64,000 nucleotides of DNA, from NCBI GenBank assembly GCA_964545515.1, contig CAZJFK010000001.1, positions 48,544 through 112,543 on the forward strand. The letters are read 5' to 3'. A program made the translations under genes and the position numbers. The notes under the pieces were generated by a model. That model made no database searches, was not told the DNA's origin, and saw only the letters and a program-made list of their open reading frames with translations. Every line of letters begins with the position of its first letter. Position 1 is the first letter of the stretch. Of this stretch, positions 44,850-54,131 are shown one piece after another. This DNA comes from an uncultured Candidatus Saccharibacteria bacterium (GTDB lineage Bacteria; Patescibacteriota; Saccharimonadia; Saccharimonadales; Saccharimonadaceae).

Positions 44850-47747
44850 CTAAGCCTTTTGCAGGTAAATAACTAGCTCAGTATCCTCGACCTTGGCGGT
44901 AGTATTGTAACTATATTCGAGCTCCGTTATCTCACTAGCCAGTGTCTCGGTGGCTATAACTTCACTGTATTCCTCGATAGCCTGCGCTAGCTCACTATCA
45001 TCGGTGGAGAGCGACAAAGATATGCGATCATCGACGTTGAGCCCTGCGCTCTTGCGCGCGGCCTGCACGTGACGCACGACTTCGCGCATCAGACCTTCGC
45101 GCCTAAGCTCTGGCGTGATTTCAAAATCAAGTGAGACCTCGTCACTACCGGATTTCACCTCTTTGACATTGAGCTCTTCTCGGAGTATATCCTCAAAATC
45201 AAACGTCTCACCCAATTTCGGCACAGTGACGCTCGCTAACGGCTGGCGAATCTTGACTCTCTCGCGAGCACGCAAACTAAGTGCTTGATTGACATATTCG
45301 CGTACCGCTTCCATCTCGTTTAGAGTAGCTTCGTCGACACTATAATTAGCTGGCCAATTTAGTAGATGTACCGATTCGTTACCACCACCTAAATTCTGAT
45401 ACAATTCCTCAGACAAAAATGGCGTAAACGGCGCCAACAGGACCGACAGTTTGAGTAGTACATAGTGCAGAGTACGATATGCGTCAGATTTATCGCCATC
45501 GTCTTCGCTTTTCCAGAAACGGCGGCGCGAGCGACGCACGAACCAATTACTCGCATCCTCGATAAAAGGCAAGAACTCGCTCAGTGCTACTGGTATATTA
45601 TATTCATCCATATGCTTAGTCACGTGCTGATTTAGCTGATGAAGACGTGATACAACCCATTTATCAAGCGGGTTAGTCAGGTCATCAGGATTGAGCGTAA
45701 ACGGCTTAGTGGGGTCAAATTCCCAACCATCGACTTCGGCATACATAGTAAAGAAATCGTACATATTCCAAATCATCGTCAGTTTACGCGCTACATCACC
45801 TACATCTTTGTCCTGCAGGGCAAAATCTTCGCCATTTAATAGCGGGCTACTGAGTAGCAAGAAACGCAAAGAATCGGCGCTAAATTTGTCCATCAACTCA
45901 TTTGGATCAGTATAGTTGCCGTAGCTTTTGCTCATCTTGCGACCATCGTTACCAGCTACGATACCGGTAGTTACGACATTTTTGAACGGAGACTCACCAA
46001 ACAAACCGACACTCACTACGTGCATATAGTAGAACCACGCGCGCACCTGACCAATGTATTCAACCACGAAATCACCTGGGAAATTGGCCTCAAATTTATC
46101 TTTGTTTTCGAATGGATAATGGAATTGCGCAAATGGCATACTGCCACTCTCAAACCAACCATCGAGAACCTTGTCGATGCGTTTGTAATGCACGCCGTCG
46201 CGGTCAAATTCGATATCATCCACCCATGGGCGATGATAATCATCAAGCTCTACGCCACTTAGCTCTTTCAACTCAGCGTAGCTACCGACAACTATTTGCT
46301 GTTTGTTGCCATCGTCGTCTACACCCTCCCATACTGGCATGGCCGTCGCCCAAAATCTGTCACGGCTGAGATTCCAATCTGGCGCTTGTTCGATATTTTT
46401 CTCGAAACGTCCATGTTTGAGATGCTCGGGGAACCAGTTAATCTGCTCATCGTTTTTGCCAAGCATCAATTCTTTTTGCCCCTGTACATCGAAAAACCAG
46501 CTAGGGTGTGCACGATACATGAGGCGCGTCCCACAGCGGTGACAGTGCGGGTAACTGTGGCGAATATACTCAATCTTCCAGACAATGCCACGTTCATGTA
46601 GAGCCTTGGCTATCGTCTTGTTGATTTCCCAGACGTTTTCACCCTCCCAGTCGGTCTGATCATATAGACCGTTTTCATCAATGACATGAACGACTGGTAT
46701 TTTGTTTGCCTTGGCTAGCTCAAAGTCCTCCTCGCCATAGGCTGGCGCAATATGAACTATCCCAGTACCGCTATCTAGGGTCACATAATCCGCATGCCAA
46801 ACTTGATGTGCGTTTTCGCCACGATTCTCGCCCATAAGTGGCTCGTAATGTAGTCCTACGAGGCGAGAGCCATCCATTTCTTCGAGCAATTTATATTCTA
46901 AGACATTGTGCTTTTCATCGGTCAGAACTTTTTCGAGTAAATCCCTGGCTATGATAAATTGCTCACCAGCGACTTCAACGCGAGAATATACCTCGTCTTT
47001 GTTGACAGCAAGCGCCGTGTTCGCGGGGAGCGTCCATGGTGTTGTGGTCCAAGCTAGCATATAAACGGGGTCGTTTGATTCCGTCTCACCATAATCAGTA
47101 AGCTTGAATTTAGTATAGACACTGGGATCAGTAACATCCTGATACGCACCAGCGTCCATGGTGACTTCGGCTTTACTGAGCGGAGTTGCGTCACGCGTAC
47201 AATACATGAGTACTCGCTCACCTTCGTAAATCTTGCCTTTGCCATGAAGCTCCTTGAAAGCCCACCAGATAGACTCCATGTATTCTTTGTCCATAGTCTT
47301 GTAGGCATGATCCATGTCGACCCAGCGACCAATACGGTCAATCGTATCATTCCAGAGACTACTCGTCTGTACCATGTTGTCACGAGCGGTCGTAATGTAT
47401 TCTTCGAGACTGATTTTCGTACCGATATCACGACGGTCTTTGATACCTAGCTTTTTCTCGGTGAAAACCTCAGCCGGTAGACCATGGCAATCCCAGCCCC
47501 ATACGCGCTCTACGCGTTTGCCCTGCATAGTCTGATAGCGAGGTACGGCGTCTTTGACGATACTACTCAGTAGCGTACCATGATGTGGCACGCCAGTGAT
47601 GAACGGTGGGCCATCGTAAAATACGTAAGCATTATCAACTGGTCGCTGCTCAACTGATTTTTCAAACGTACCGGCGGTCTTCCAGCGTTTCACCCAATCT
47701 TTTTCATATTCTAGCGCCCGACGACGTGAATTTGCTTTAAATTTCAT
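44850..47747 (-). CDS. ileS: Isoleucyl-tRNA synthetase (type 2-like N-terminus)
   Basis: YVFYDGPPFITGVPHHGTLL (HIGH variant), CP1 editing domain, RKMSKSYGN (KMSKS). SD GAGGAG lies 7 nt upstream, inside the preceding micro-ORF. Confidence 0.96.
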   Translation of the reverse strand: MKFKANSRRRALEYEKDWVKRWKTAGTFEKSVEQRPVDNAYVFYDGPPFITGVPHHGTLLSSIVKDAVPRYQTMQGKRVERVWGWDCHGLPAEVFTEKKLGIKDRRDIGTKISLEEYITTARDNMVQTSSLWNDTIDRIGRWVDMDHAYKTMDKEYMESIWWAFKELHGKGKIYEGERVLMYCTRDATPLSKAEVTMDAGAYQDVTDPSVYTKFKLTDYGETESNDPVYMLAWTTTPWTLPANTALAVNKDEVYSRVEVAGEQFIIARDLLEKVLTDEKHNVLEYKLLEEMDGSRLVGLHYEPLMGENRGENAHQVWHADYVTLDSGTGIVHIAPAYGEEDFELAKANKIPVVHVIDENGLYDQTDWEGENVWEINKTIAKALHERGIVWKIEYIRHSYPHCHRCGTRLMYRAHPSWFFDVQGQKELMLGKNDEQINWFPEHLKHGRFEKNIEQAPDWNLSRDRFWATAMPVWEGVDDDGNKQQIVVGSYAELKELSGVELDDYHRPWVDDIEFDRDGVHYKRIDKVLDGWFESGSMPFAQFHYPFENKDKFEANFPGDFVVEYIGQVRAWFYYMHVVSVGLFGESPFKNVVTTGIVAGNDGRKMSKSYGNYTDPNELMDKFSADSLRFLLLSSPLLNGEDFALQDKDVGDVARKLTMIWNMYDFFTMYAEVDGWEFDPTKPFTLNPDDLTNPLDKWVVSRLHQLNQHVTKHMDEYNIPVALSEFLPFIEDASNWFVRRSRRRFWKSEDDGDKSDAYRTLHYVLLKLSVLLAPFTPFLSEELYQNLGGGNESVHLLNWPANYSVDEATLNEMEAVREYVNQALSLRARERVKIRQPLASVTVPKLGETFDFEDILREELNVKEVKSGSDEVSLDFEITPELRREGLMREVVRHVQAARKSAGLNVDDRISLSLSTDDSELAQAIEEYSEVIATETLASEITELEYSYNTTAKVEDTELVIYLQKA

Positions 47748-48012
47748 CGCTATACTCCTCTCCTAGTTCACCCTTAGTACGACGCTCAATCGGAGTGGTC
47801 TCTGGCAATACATCATCCATATCCAAATCATACATAGCTGCTAGGGTTAATATCTCACCTAGTAGGTCGTTGTCATCAAACTCAGACTCATCCAGCAAAT
47901 AGTCTAGATCTTCATCTACACCCGATTCATGTAATCGCCCCACGACAAGTTCGCGGTCTAGTTTTGGTTCGAGGCTCTGCTCCGGATTTGATTGTGGTGA
48001 AAATTCGCTCAT
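47737..48012 (-). CDS. Hypothetical very acidic 91-aa protein, overlapping ileS by 11 nt
   Basis: ATGA overlap with the upstream 61-aa ORF. Its 3' end carries the ileS SD. Confidence 0.45.
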   Translation of the reverse strand: MSEFSPQSNPEQSLEPKLDRELVVGRLHESGVDEDLDYLLDESEFDDNDLLGEILTLAAMYDLDMDDVLPETTPIERRTKGELGEEYSDEI

Positions 48013-48194
48013 TTCATCTCTCTTTCTATTAAATGTAGTGCTATTTTTAGTGCAGCTATCCGTCTACTGAGTAGTGTTTGCTGCGATTGACCAAGCTTCG
48101 GCATGTCTATTTTTTCGCATTTTTTCAGTGTCGATAGGAGCGCTCTATGTGCTTCATCGAGCTCATGATTGGTATATAGTTTTTCGGATTCCAT
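48009..48194 (-). CDS. Hypothetical helical 61-aa protein
   Basis: The ATG is preceded by GAAAGG at 6 nt. First ORF after the T-box-like leader. Confidence 0.45.
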   Translation of the reverse strand: MESEKLYTNHELDEAHRALLSTLKKCEKIDMPKLGQSQQTLLSRRIAALKIALHLIEREMK

Positions 48195-48214
48195 CGTCTA
48201 CCTTTCGTTTCTAT

Positions 48215-48414
48215 AAATAAAAACCACTTCTTTTGTCTGTCAGAATCCCGATATATCAGGACGGTACCATCTGACTTCCAAAAGAAGTGATTCTTTGGCT
48301 CTTTATTGTTCGCTTTGACGTAGCGTTCACGCCCGGTTCTACTTTCTTTTGAATTTCTTCCGGGGGCTCGTGGGTGATAGCCACTTAACGCCTGTAATCT
48401 ACAAGCGAACGCCT
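48215..48414 (-). promoter_or_regulatory. T-box-like tRNA-sensing leader (candidate Ile specifier) upstream of the micro-ORFs and ileS
   Basis: The minus strand reads GUCAGA-UGGUACC-G-UCCUGA-UAUA-UCGGGA-U-UCUGAC (48239..48275). This is helix A1, a 7-nt UGGNACC bulge, hairpin A2, and the A1 3' strand, as in T-box antiterminators. The bulge reads UGGU. An outer 11-bp stem (48225..48235 with 48279..48289) is followed by GGUUUUUAUUU. An upstream hairpin GUGG-CUAUCAC-CCAC (48370..48384) presents AUC-A. Confidence 0.5.
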
Positions 48415-48420
48415 ACGTAT

Positions 48421-48429
48421 ATTATAGCA
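48421..48429 (-). promoter_or_regulatory. Extended -10 promoter (TGCTATAAT) driving the T-box-like leader
   Basis: The minus strand reads TGCTATAAT, immediately upstream of the leader. Confidence 0.5.
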
Positions 48430-48435
48430 TTTAAT

Positions 48436-49062
48436 TTAAGCAAATAAAGCTTTACCGAATTTGATAAACACTAGTCCAACCATAGCCACTAGCCACAGAG
48501 CAACTATGAATTTGTCCCAATCCTTATCTAGGAATTTTTCAATTGATTTCTGAGTAGATTTTTTGAAATCAAAAGTATTGAGGCGTAGATTGTAGTGTGT
48601 AATCGCTGCAAATAGCACCGTCATACTTGTTGTAACTGTCAGACACCAAGGACAAAGTACCTGAATCACATAAACACTACTGAAAAACAGCCAATAAGCG
48701 AAGACCACGCCTAAAACTAAGCCAGTCTGCATGGCTATCAAGAACCATTTAGGAAAAGTAACGCGTGATAGGCCTAGCACCGCAAACGCCAGTATAACCG
48801 GGAATCCCATAAGACCTATGAGCATATTCGGAAAACCAAATAAACTAGCTTCGTTGGTCTGCATGACAGTTCCACAATTAAGAACTAGGTTAAACGAGCA
48901 GCTAAGTACTGCATCAGGGTTTTTGAGAACAGTAATTTCGTCGACAGTAAGTACAAATGAGGCTAATAAACCTACTAACCCAAACAATAAAAATGTACCG
49001 AAAACCCATATACGCGATTCTTCTTGTTTGACCAGATCTTTACCAAAAATTTTGCTAAACAT
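48436..49062 (-). CDS. Vitamin K epoxide reductase (VKOR) family protein
   Basis: 4-5 TM helices, loop cysteine pair (LSCSFNLVLNC) and active-site CPWC. Confidence 0.82.
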   Translation of the reverse strand: MFSKIFGKDLVKQEESRIWVFGTFLLFGLVGLLASFVLTVDEITVLKNPDAVLSCSFNLVLNCGTVMQTNEASLFGFPNMLIGLMGFPVILAFAVLGLSRVTFPKWFLIAMQTGLVLGVVFAYWLFFSSVYVIQVLCPWCLTVTTSMTVLFAAITHYNLRLNTFDFKKSTQKSIEKFLDKDWDKFIVALWLVAMVGLVFIKFGKALFA

Positions 49063-49312
49063 AGTAACTCACCTCATCTATTAGTGGGAATGGGGTTCCT
49101 CTCCACAACTCCCTTAGTTGACCATCATCCTTTGTCGCAACAATAGTTGGATATTCTACGACATCATATAATCTACAAAATTCAGCACCATCGACCGAAT
49201 CTGGATCAATCACTTTGATTTCCTTGCCGGTACGATATGTAAATTCTTTCAGATAGCCTTCTACCTCAGCCCTATGCTCACTAGCTTGCCTGTAAACAAT
49301 CGATAGCGCCAT
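49055..49312 (-). CDS. Small thioredoxin-fold-like protein without a CxxC motif
   Basis: YDVVEYPTIVATKDDGQLRELWRG resembles the C-terminal half of thioredoxins. There is only one Cys. 8-nt overlap with the VKOR gene. Confidence 0.5.
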   Translation of the reverse strand: MALSIVYRQASEHRAEVEGYLKEFTYRTGKEIKVIDPDSVDGAEFCRLYDVVEYPTIVATKDDGQLRELWRGTPFPLIDEVSYYV

Positions 49313-49314
49313 GA

Positions 49315-49770
49315 CTATTTGTTATTTTTCTCTCGACGAGTCTTTAGAATTGCCTCAAATTCGTCTAGTGTTTTGAACTCGAAATACACGCTCGCAAAAC
49401 GTACGTAAGCGACTTCGTTGCACTTCGCCAATTCATCCAAAACCAAATCTCCGATAGATTTAGATGGGACTTCAGATTCGCCTATGTCATGAACACCCTC
49501 AACAACATTGGCCACGATCTTTTCGATGTCACCCTCGTCCTCAAAAAACTTTCCAACAGAATTGGTAATAGCACTCTCGAGCTTCGCACGATCAAATAAT
49601 TCGCGTTTGCCGTCTTTTTTGATAACAGCTATATTTGATTTTTCGATACGCTCATAAGTAGTAAAACGACGTCCATCTGGCGCTTCGCGACGGCGACGAA
49701 TAGTGATACCGTCACCCACTTCACGAGATTCAATGACTCGACTGTCGCCAATATTAATAGGCTTGCTCAC
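49315..49770 (-). CDS. nrdR: NrdR-like transcriptional regulator (ATP-cone) lacking the zinc-ribbon cysteines
   Basis: DSRVIESREVGDGITIRRRREAPDGRRFTTYERI and EVPSKSIGDLVLDELAKCNEVAYVRFASVYFEFKTLDEF match NrdR. The positions of the usual CxxC...CxxC are PINI...APDG. Confidence 0.8.
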   Translation of the reverse strand: MSKPINIGDSRVIESREVGDGITIRRRREAPDGRRFTTYERIEKSNIAVIKKDGKRELFDRAKLESAITNSVGKFFEDEGDIEKIVANVVEGVHDIGESEVPSKSIGDLVLDELAKCNEVAYVRFASVYFEFKTLDEFEAILKTRREKNNK

Positions 49771-49776
49771 TGTATT

Positions 49777-51015
49777 CTACTCCTTGTCGTCTTCTTTTTT
49801 GGAATCATCTTCATGGCCGTGTTTTTTGCGGCGGCGCCTCAAAAATGCTGGAACATCTGATTCATCTTCTTCGACTACTGGTTCGTCTGGTGTATCCCAG
49901 ATATTCTGATTAGGCTCATCTGCAAACGAAGCCTCTGGATCAGGAGTATCAAGATTCATATCAACACCCGCCATTTCTTCTTCGCTAATACCTAGATTCT
50001 CCACTTGGTGTACACGGTCTGCATCTGGATCGAGCGATACTTCTTCGCGGTCATAAAATCCGTTATCAAAACCAGTTGCAATAACCGTGATAACCAATTC
50101 ATCCTCGAGGTCTGGTTTCAACGTAGCACCAAAGATAATATTGGCATCTGGCGACACAGCACTAGTGATAATTTCGGCAGCCTCTTGAATCTCACTCATG
50201 CTCATGTCGTAGCCACCAGTGACATTAAATAGCACACCCTTGGCTCCATCGATAGATACCTCTATCAATGGAGATTCAATGGCTTGCTGTGCAGCTTGTG
50301 CGGCTCGATCATCCCCACTAGCACGACCAATGCCCATCAGGGCACTACCGGCATTACTCATAATAGCCTTGACGTCAGCGAAGTCGAGATTGATAAGACC
50401 ATGCTCGGTGATAAGCTCAGAAATACCCTGAACACCCTGACGCAATACATCATCGGCGATTTTAAAAGTCTCGAGTAGCGGAGTACGCCTATCAATCGTC
50501 TGCAATAGACGGTCGTTAGGGATAGTAATAAGAGTATCTACCTGACGACTCAGTTTATTAATAGCCCAATCGGCATTTACCCGACGCTTTTCGCCCTCAA
50601 AACTAAACGGCTTAGTAGCTACACCTACTACCAATATGCCAAGCTCACGGGCAACTTCGGCGACTATATAACCAGCGCCAGAACCAGTACCACCACCGGC
50701 ACCAATTGTGACAAATACCATGTCGGCACCCTCGAGTGATTTACTAATTTCATCCCTAGATTCATTGGCAGCTGCTTCACCAACTGTTGGATCGGCACCA
50801 GCGCCCAAACCACCTGTGGTTTCCTTGCCTAGGTGAATTTTGATATCAGCTTTACTATTATGCAAAGCCTGAGCGTCTGTGTTCATTGCAATAAACTGAA
50901 CACCAGATAGCCCTGCTTCTTTCATGCGATTTACAGCGCTACCTCCAGCGCCACCAACGCCAACAACTTTAATGCTAGCAAAGGTTTGAATATCACTTGG
51001 TGTAATTTCCGGCAT
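49777..51015 (-). CDS. ftsZ: Cell division GTPase FtsZ
   Basis: [37 protein letters not shown], and C-terminal DVPAFLRRR followed by a charged extension. Confidence 0.97.
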   Translation of the reverse strand: MPEITPSDIQTFASIKVVGVGGAGGSAVNRMKEAGLSGVQFIAMNTDAQALHNSKADIKIHLGKETTGGLGAGADPTVGEAAANESRDEISKSLEGADMVFVTIGAGGGTGSGAGYIVAEVARELGILVVGVATKPFSFEGEKRRVNADWAINKLSRQVDTLITIPNDRLLQTIDRRTPLLETFKIADDVLRQGVQGISELITEHGLINLDFADVKAIMSNAGSALMGIGRASGDDRAAQAAQQAIESPLIEVSIDGAKGVLFNVTGGYDMSMSEIQEAAEIITSAVSPDANIIFGATLKPDLEDELVITVIATGFDNGFYDREEVSLDPDADRVHQVENLGISEEEMAGVDMNLDTPDPEASFADEPNQNIWDTPDEPVVEEDESDVPAFLRRRRKKHGHEDDSKKEDDKE

Positions 51016-51077
51016 AGCTACTCCCTATACTTTATTCATATATAAGTATACCACCTACTGCCGCTATAATACGAGAG

Positions 51078-52310
51078 CTAAACACTAAATCGTCTAAAAA
51101 ATTTCTTCAATTTTTTGCTAGTCTGTTTTGCAGACTTATTATTCTTGGACTTAGATGAATCAAAATTATTATTTGTGTTCACGTCCATATGCATCAACCC
51201 TACGGCGACAGCGTATTCTGGCTTTTCGGTGTTTTCAGTAACACCGCTCACACCCGATGCACGTCCAACCTTAACGGCCAGTCCTAAACTATGCTTGGTA
51301 TATTCGGCGATGTCTTTTAGGTTAGCGCCACCACCGGTGATTACGATACCGCTTGGTAGTTTGGCATACCTACCGGCCTTTTTGAATTCCTTGGTGATCA
51401 GTTCGAAGAGCTCTTCAAGCCGAGCATCGATGATTTCATATACATCAGCACGCGAAAATTCCAAAGTTTCTTTATCTAACTTGATAGACACAGTCTCGCT
51501 ACCTGTCTGCGGTAATGCCGAGCCATGAGTAATTTTAACCTTTTCGGCTATCTCAGGGTCAGTTTTGAGACCTATCGCTAGATCATTGGTTATATTAGCA
51601 CCCCCAACAGGGATAACACTCGTATATTGCAAATCGCCTTCCTCGTAAATAGCCACGCCAGTAGTAGATGCACCTAGGTCTATAACTGCAACGCCGTTTT
51701 CCATCTGTGACTCCGTAAGCACAGCCCTAGCTGCTGCAACTACCGATGGAACTATATTGTTTACAGATACCTTCACTATATCCATCGTATTATTGAGTGC
51801 TGCAACTTGCGGAACCATAGCCGATACGACGTTAGCATTAATTTCTAGCCTAGTACCAGTCATATTGATGGGATTACGTATACCTGGTTGGCCATCTAGG
51901 CGATATTCGTGTGGAACAACATTTAAAACTTCACGGTTAGCGGGAACTTTGCCCATAGTAGCAACTTCTTCTAGACGCAATATATCCTCGCCCGATACCA
52001 CATGGTCAACAGAACTCACGGCAACCATACCATCGGTGGACGTGCTAAGTATATGAGATCCATTGATATTAACCGAAGCACCAGCTACCTGGTAGCCGCT
52101 CATGTGCTCGGCACTATTTAGAGACTCATCGATAGCCTGAGCGGGTCCGTTTACATTGACAATCGAGCCCTTGCGAAGACCGCTACTCTTTGCCTCTCCT
52201 GTACCGATAATAGAAATTAATCCAGATGTACCATCGACATGACCGACAACACACTTAACAGTATCGGTGCCTATGTCTATACCAACCGCGTACTGAGATT
52301 GTTCCTGCAT
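51078..52310 (-). CDS. ftsA: Cell division protein FtsA
   Basis: Actin-fold motifs VGIDIGTDTVKCVVG, VIDLGASTTGVAIYE, GIVITGGGANL, and a C-terminal amphipathic KKLKKFFRRFSV. TATAAT lies 6 nt from the ATG. Confidence 0.95.
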   Translation of the reverse strand: MQEQSQYAVGIDIGTDTVKCVVGHVDGTSGLISIIGTGEAKSSGLRKGSIVNVNGPAQAIDESLNSAEHMSGYQVAGASVNINGSHILSTSTDGMVAVSSVDHVVSGEDILRLEEVATMGKVPANREVLNVVPHEYRLDGQPGIRNPINMTGTRLEINANVVSAMVPQVAALNNTMDIVKVSVNNIVPSVVAAARAVLTESQMENGVAVIDLGASTTGVAIYEEGDLQYTSVIPVGGANITNDLAIGLKTDPEIAEKVKITHGSALPQTGSETVSIKLDKETLEFSRADVYEIIDARLEELFELITKEFKKAGRYAKLPSGIVITGGGANLKDIAEYTKHSLGLAVKVGRASGVSGVTENTEKPEYAVAVGLMHMDVNTNNNFDSSKSKNNKSAKQTSKKLKKFFRRFSV

Positions 52311-52359
52311 AACTATATTATAAATATAAAACTGGTTTTTGAACAGGCTTATGGCAATT

Positions 52360-53121
52360 CTACAAAGAAGTTAGAATTTCCGCCCCTGTTTCGGTAATCA
52401 AAACCGTGTGTTCAAAATGTGCCGCAAGACTACCATCACGTGTAGATATCGTCCATCCATCGCTACGATCAGTAATAGTCTGATCGCCGCCAAGGGTTGC
52501 CATAGGCTCAATAGCAATCGTATCTCCAGCGGATAATCTCGTGCCGCTACCCTGGAAACCATAATTTGGTACATCAGGGGGCATATGCATTTCTAACCCA
52601 ACTCCATGACCCACTAAGTCACGAATTATACCTAATTTACCGTCAGCCAAAACCTTTTCTACTGCGGCACCTATATCACCCGTGGTAGTTCCAGTACCAC
52701 TAATAGCATCGATACCGGCATATAAACTACGCTCTGTAATCGACAAAAGGTGCTTGACGGCCCCACTTGGTTTTTCACCTATCACAACCGTTATAGCGCT
52801 ATCAGTTTTCATTCCCTTATAGGTAATTACTAGATCAAACCCCACAATATCACCAACCTCAAACGGTATGTCATTTGGTACACCGTGCACAATAGCATCA
52901 TTGACGCTTATACAAATAACACCCGGAAAATCAGGTACCGGTTCGCGATAAGTAGCAGTGGCGCCGTGACGAATAATTTCTTTGGCCACCCAGGAATCGA
53001 TATCGAGGCCAGTCATACCGGGCTGCACATATTCACGTAGATCGTGCAAGATAGCGGCAAGTTTTTTGCCACATTCGCGCATAGCTACTAGCTGCTCAGG
53101 TGTTTTTACGGGCTGGCTCAT
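52360..53121 (-). CDS. map: Methionine aminopeptidase, type I
   Basis: Pita-bread fold metal ligands (GFDLVITYKGMKTDSA, GHGVG, IEPM, FEHTVLIT). Confidence 0.94.
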   Translation of the reverse strand: MSQPVKTPEQLVAMRECGKKLAAILHDLREYVQPGMTGLDIDSWVAKEIIRHGATATYREPVPDFPGVICISVNDAIVHGVPNDIPFEVGDIVGFDLVITYKGMKTDSAITVVIGEKPSGAVKHLLSITERSLYAGIDAISGTGTTTGDIGAAVEKVLADGKLGIIRDLVGHGVGLEMHMPPDVPNYGFQGSGTRLSAGDTIAIEPMATLGGDQTITDRSDGWTISTRDGSLAAHFEHTVLITETGAEILTSL

Positions 53122-53666
53122 CCAATCAAACCATACGCCTGTAATTCTTCGACTATTCTATCGTGTACTTGGCCGACTTTGCCGACACCATCGATATGAA
53201 CTACCGGCGCGCCTTCTTTGGTGAGGTATGTAAGTATAGGATATATTTCTGTCCTATAAATCTTAAGCCGTTCGTCGATAGCATCGGGAGTATCATCTAC
53301 CCTACCGCGAACCTTTAAGCGCTCCAATAGCTCACTCTTGGGCACTTCGAGCACTATCACTAATTTTATATCACGACCATGATGCGCGGATTTTTCGACA
53401 AGCCACTTAGCCTGAGTCATCTCGCGAGGATAACCATCCAAAATAACATTATTGACATCCTTAGATCGCTTGATAGCATCAGTCATAAGCTCGTTAACCT
53501 TTTGAGAATCAACCAACTGCCCAGTTTGCATTGACTCAATGATATCCATATCGCGAGTATCTCGCAGTAATTGGCCAGCACTAATCCATCGCCAACCCTC
53601 GCGCGCAGCTAAAATCTGCCCCTGGACACTCTTACCTGCACCAGCTGGGCCAAAAAATACTATCAT
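53118..53666 (-). CDS. adk: Adenylate kinase (short lid, no zinc)
   Basis: P-loop FFGPAGAGKSVQG, ISAGQLLRD, ILDGYPR. Confidence 0.9.
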   Translation of the reverse strand: MIVFFGPAGAGKSVQGQILAAREGWRWISAGQLLRDTRDMDIIESMQTGQLVDSQKVNELMTDAIKRSKDVNNVILDGYPREMTQAKWLVEKSAHHGRDIKLVIVLEVPKSELLERLKVRGRVDDTPDAIDERLKIYRTEIYPILTYLTKEGAPVVHIDGVGKVGQVHDRIVEELQAYGLIG

Positions 53667-53674
53667 TTTTTCTC

Positions 53675-54127
53675 CTAGTTTAGTTTTTCTTTTACTATTT
53701 TCGCTATCAATGCGCCATCAGCACTAAGTCCAACTTTTTGCTTGACTGCACCTATAACTTGACCCATCATTTGAGGACCATCTGCGCCTAAGTCGGCTAT
53801 AACTACATCAATTATCTCGGCAAGTTCAGAGTCATCTAGTTGATCTGGTAAATATTTGCTTAAAACATCTAACTCAGATTGCTCTACCTCAGCAAGTTCC
53901 GGACGACCATTTTCTTCATAAACAGCGATGCTCTCTTTGCGTTTTTTGACTTCACGAGCAATAATTTCTTCGATTTCTGAATCACTTAAACCTTCGTCGC
54001 GCTTACCGCGAGCCACCTCGACATCCAATATTGCGGCTTTTAGATTACGTAAAGTATCACCAACAAGACGATTACCGCCCAGAAGGGCGGTTTTCATGTC
54101 CTCTTGTATAGCGTCCTTCAACGCCAT
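53675..54127 (-). CDS. GatB/YqeY domain protein
   Basis: LKAAILDVEVARGK...VKKRKESIAVYEENGRPELAEVEQSELDVLSKYLP...GPQMMGQVIGAVK. Confidence 0.9.
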   Translation of the reverse strand: MALKDAIQEDMKTALLGGNRLVGDTLRNLKAAILDVEVARGKRDEGLSDSEIEEIIAREVKKRKESIAVYEENGRPELAEVEQSELDVLSKYLPDQLDDSELAEIIDVVIADLGADGPQMMGQVIGAVKQKVGLSADGALIAKIVKEKLN

Positions 54128-54131
54128 AGGA

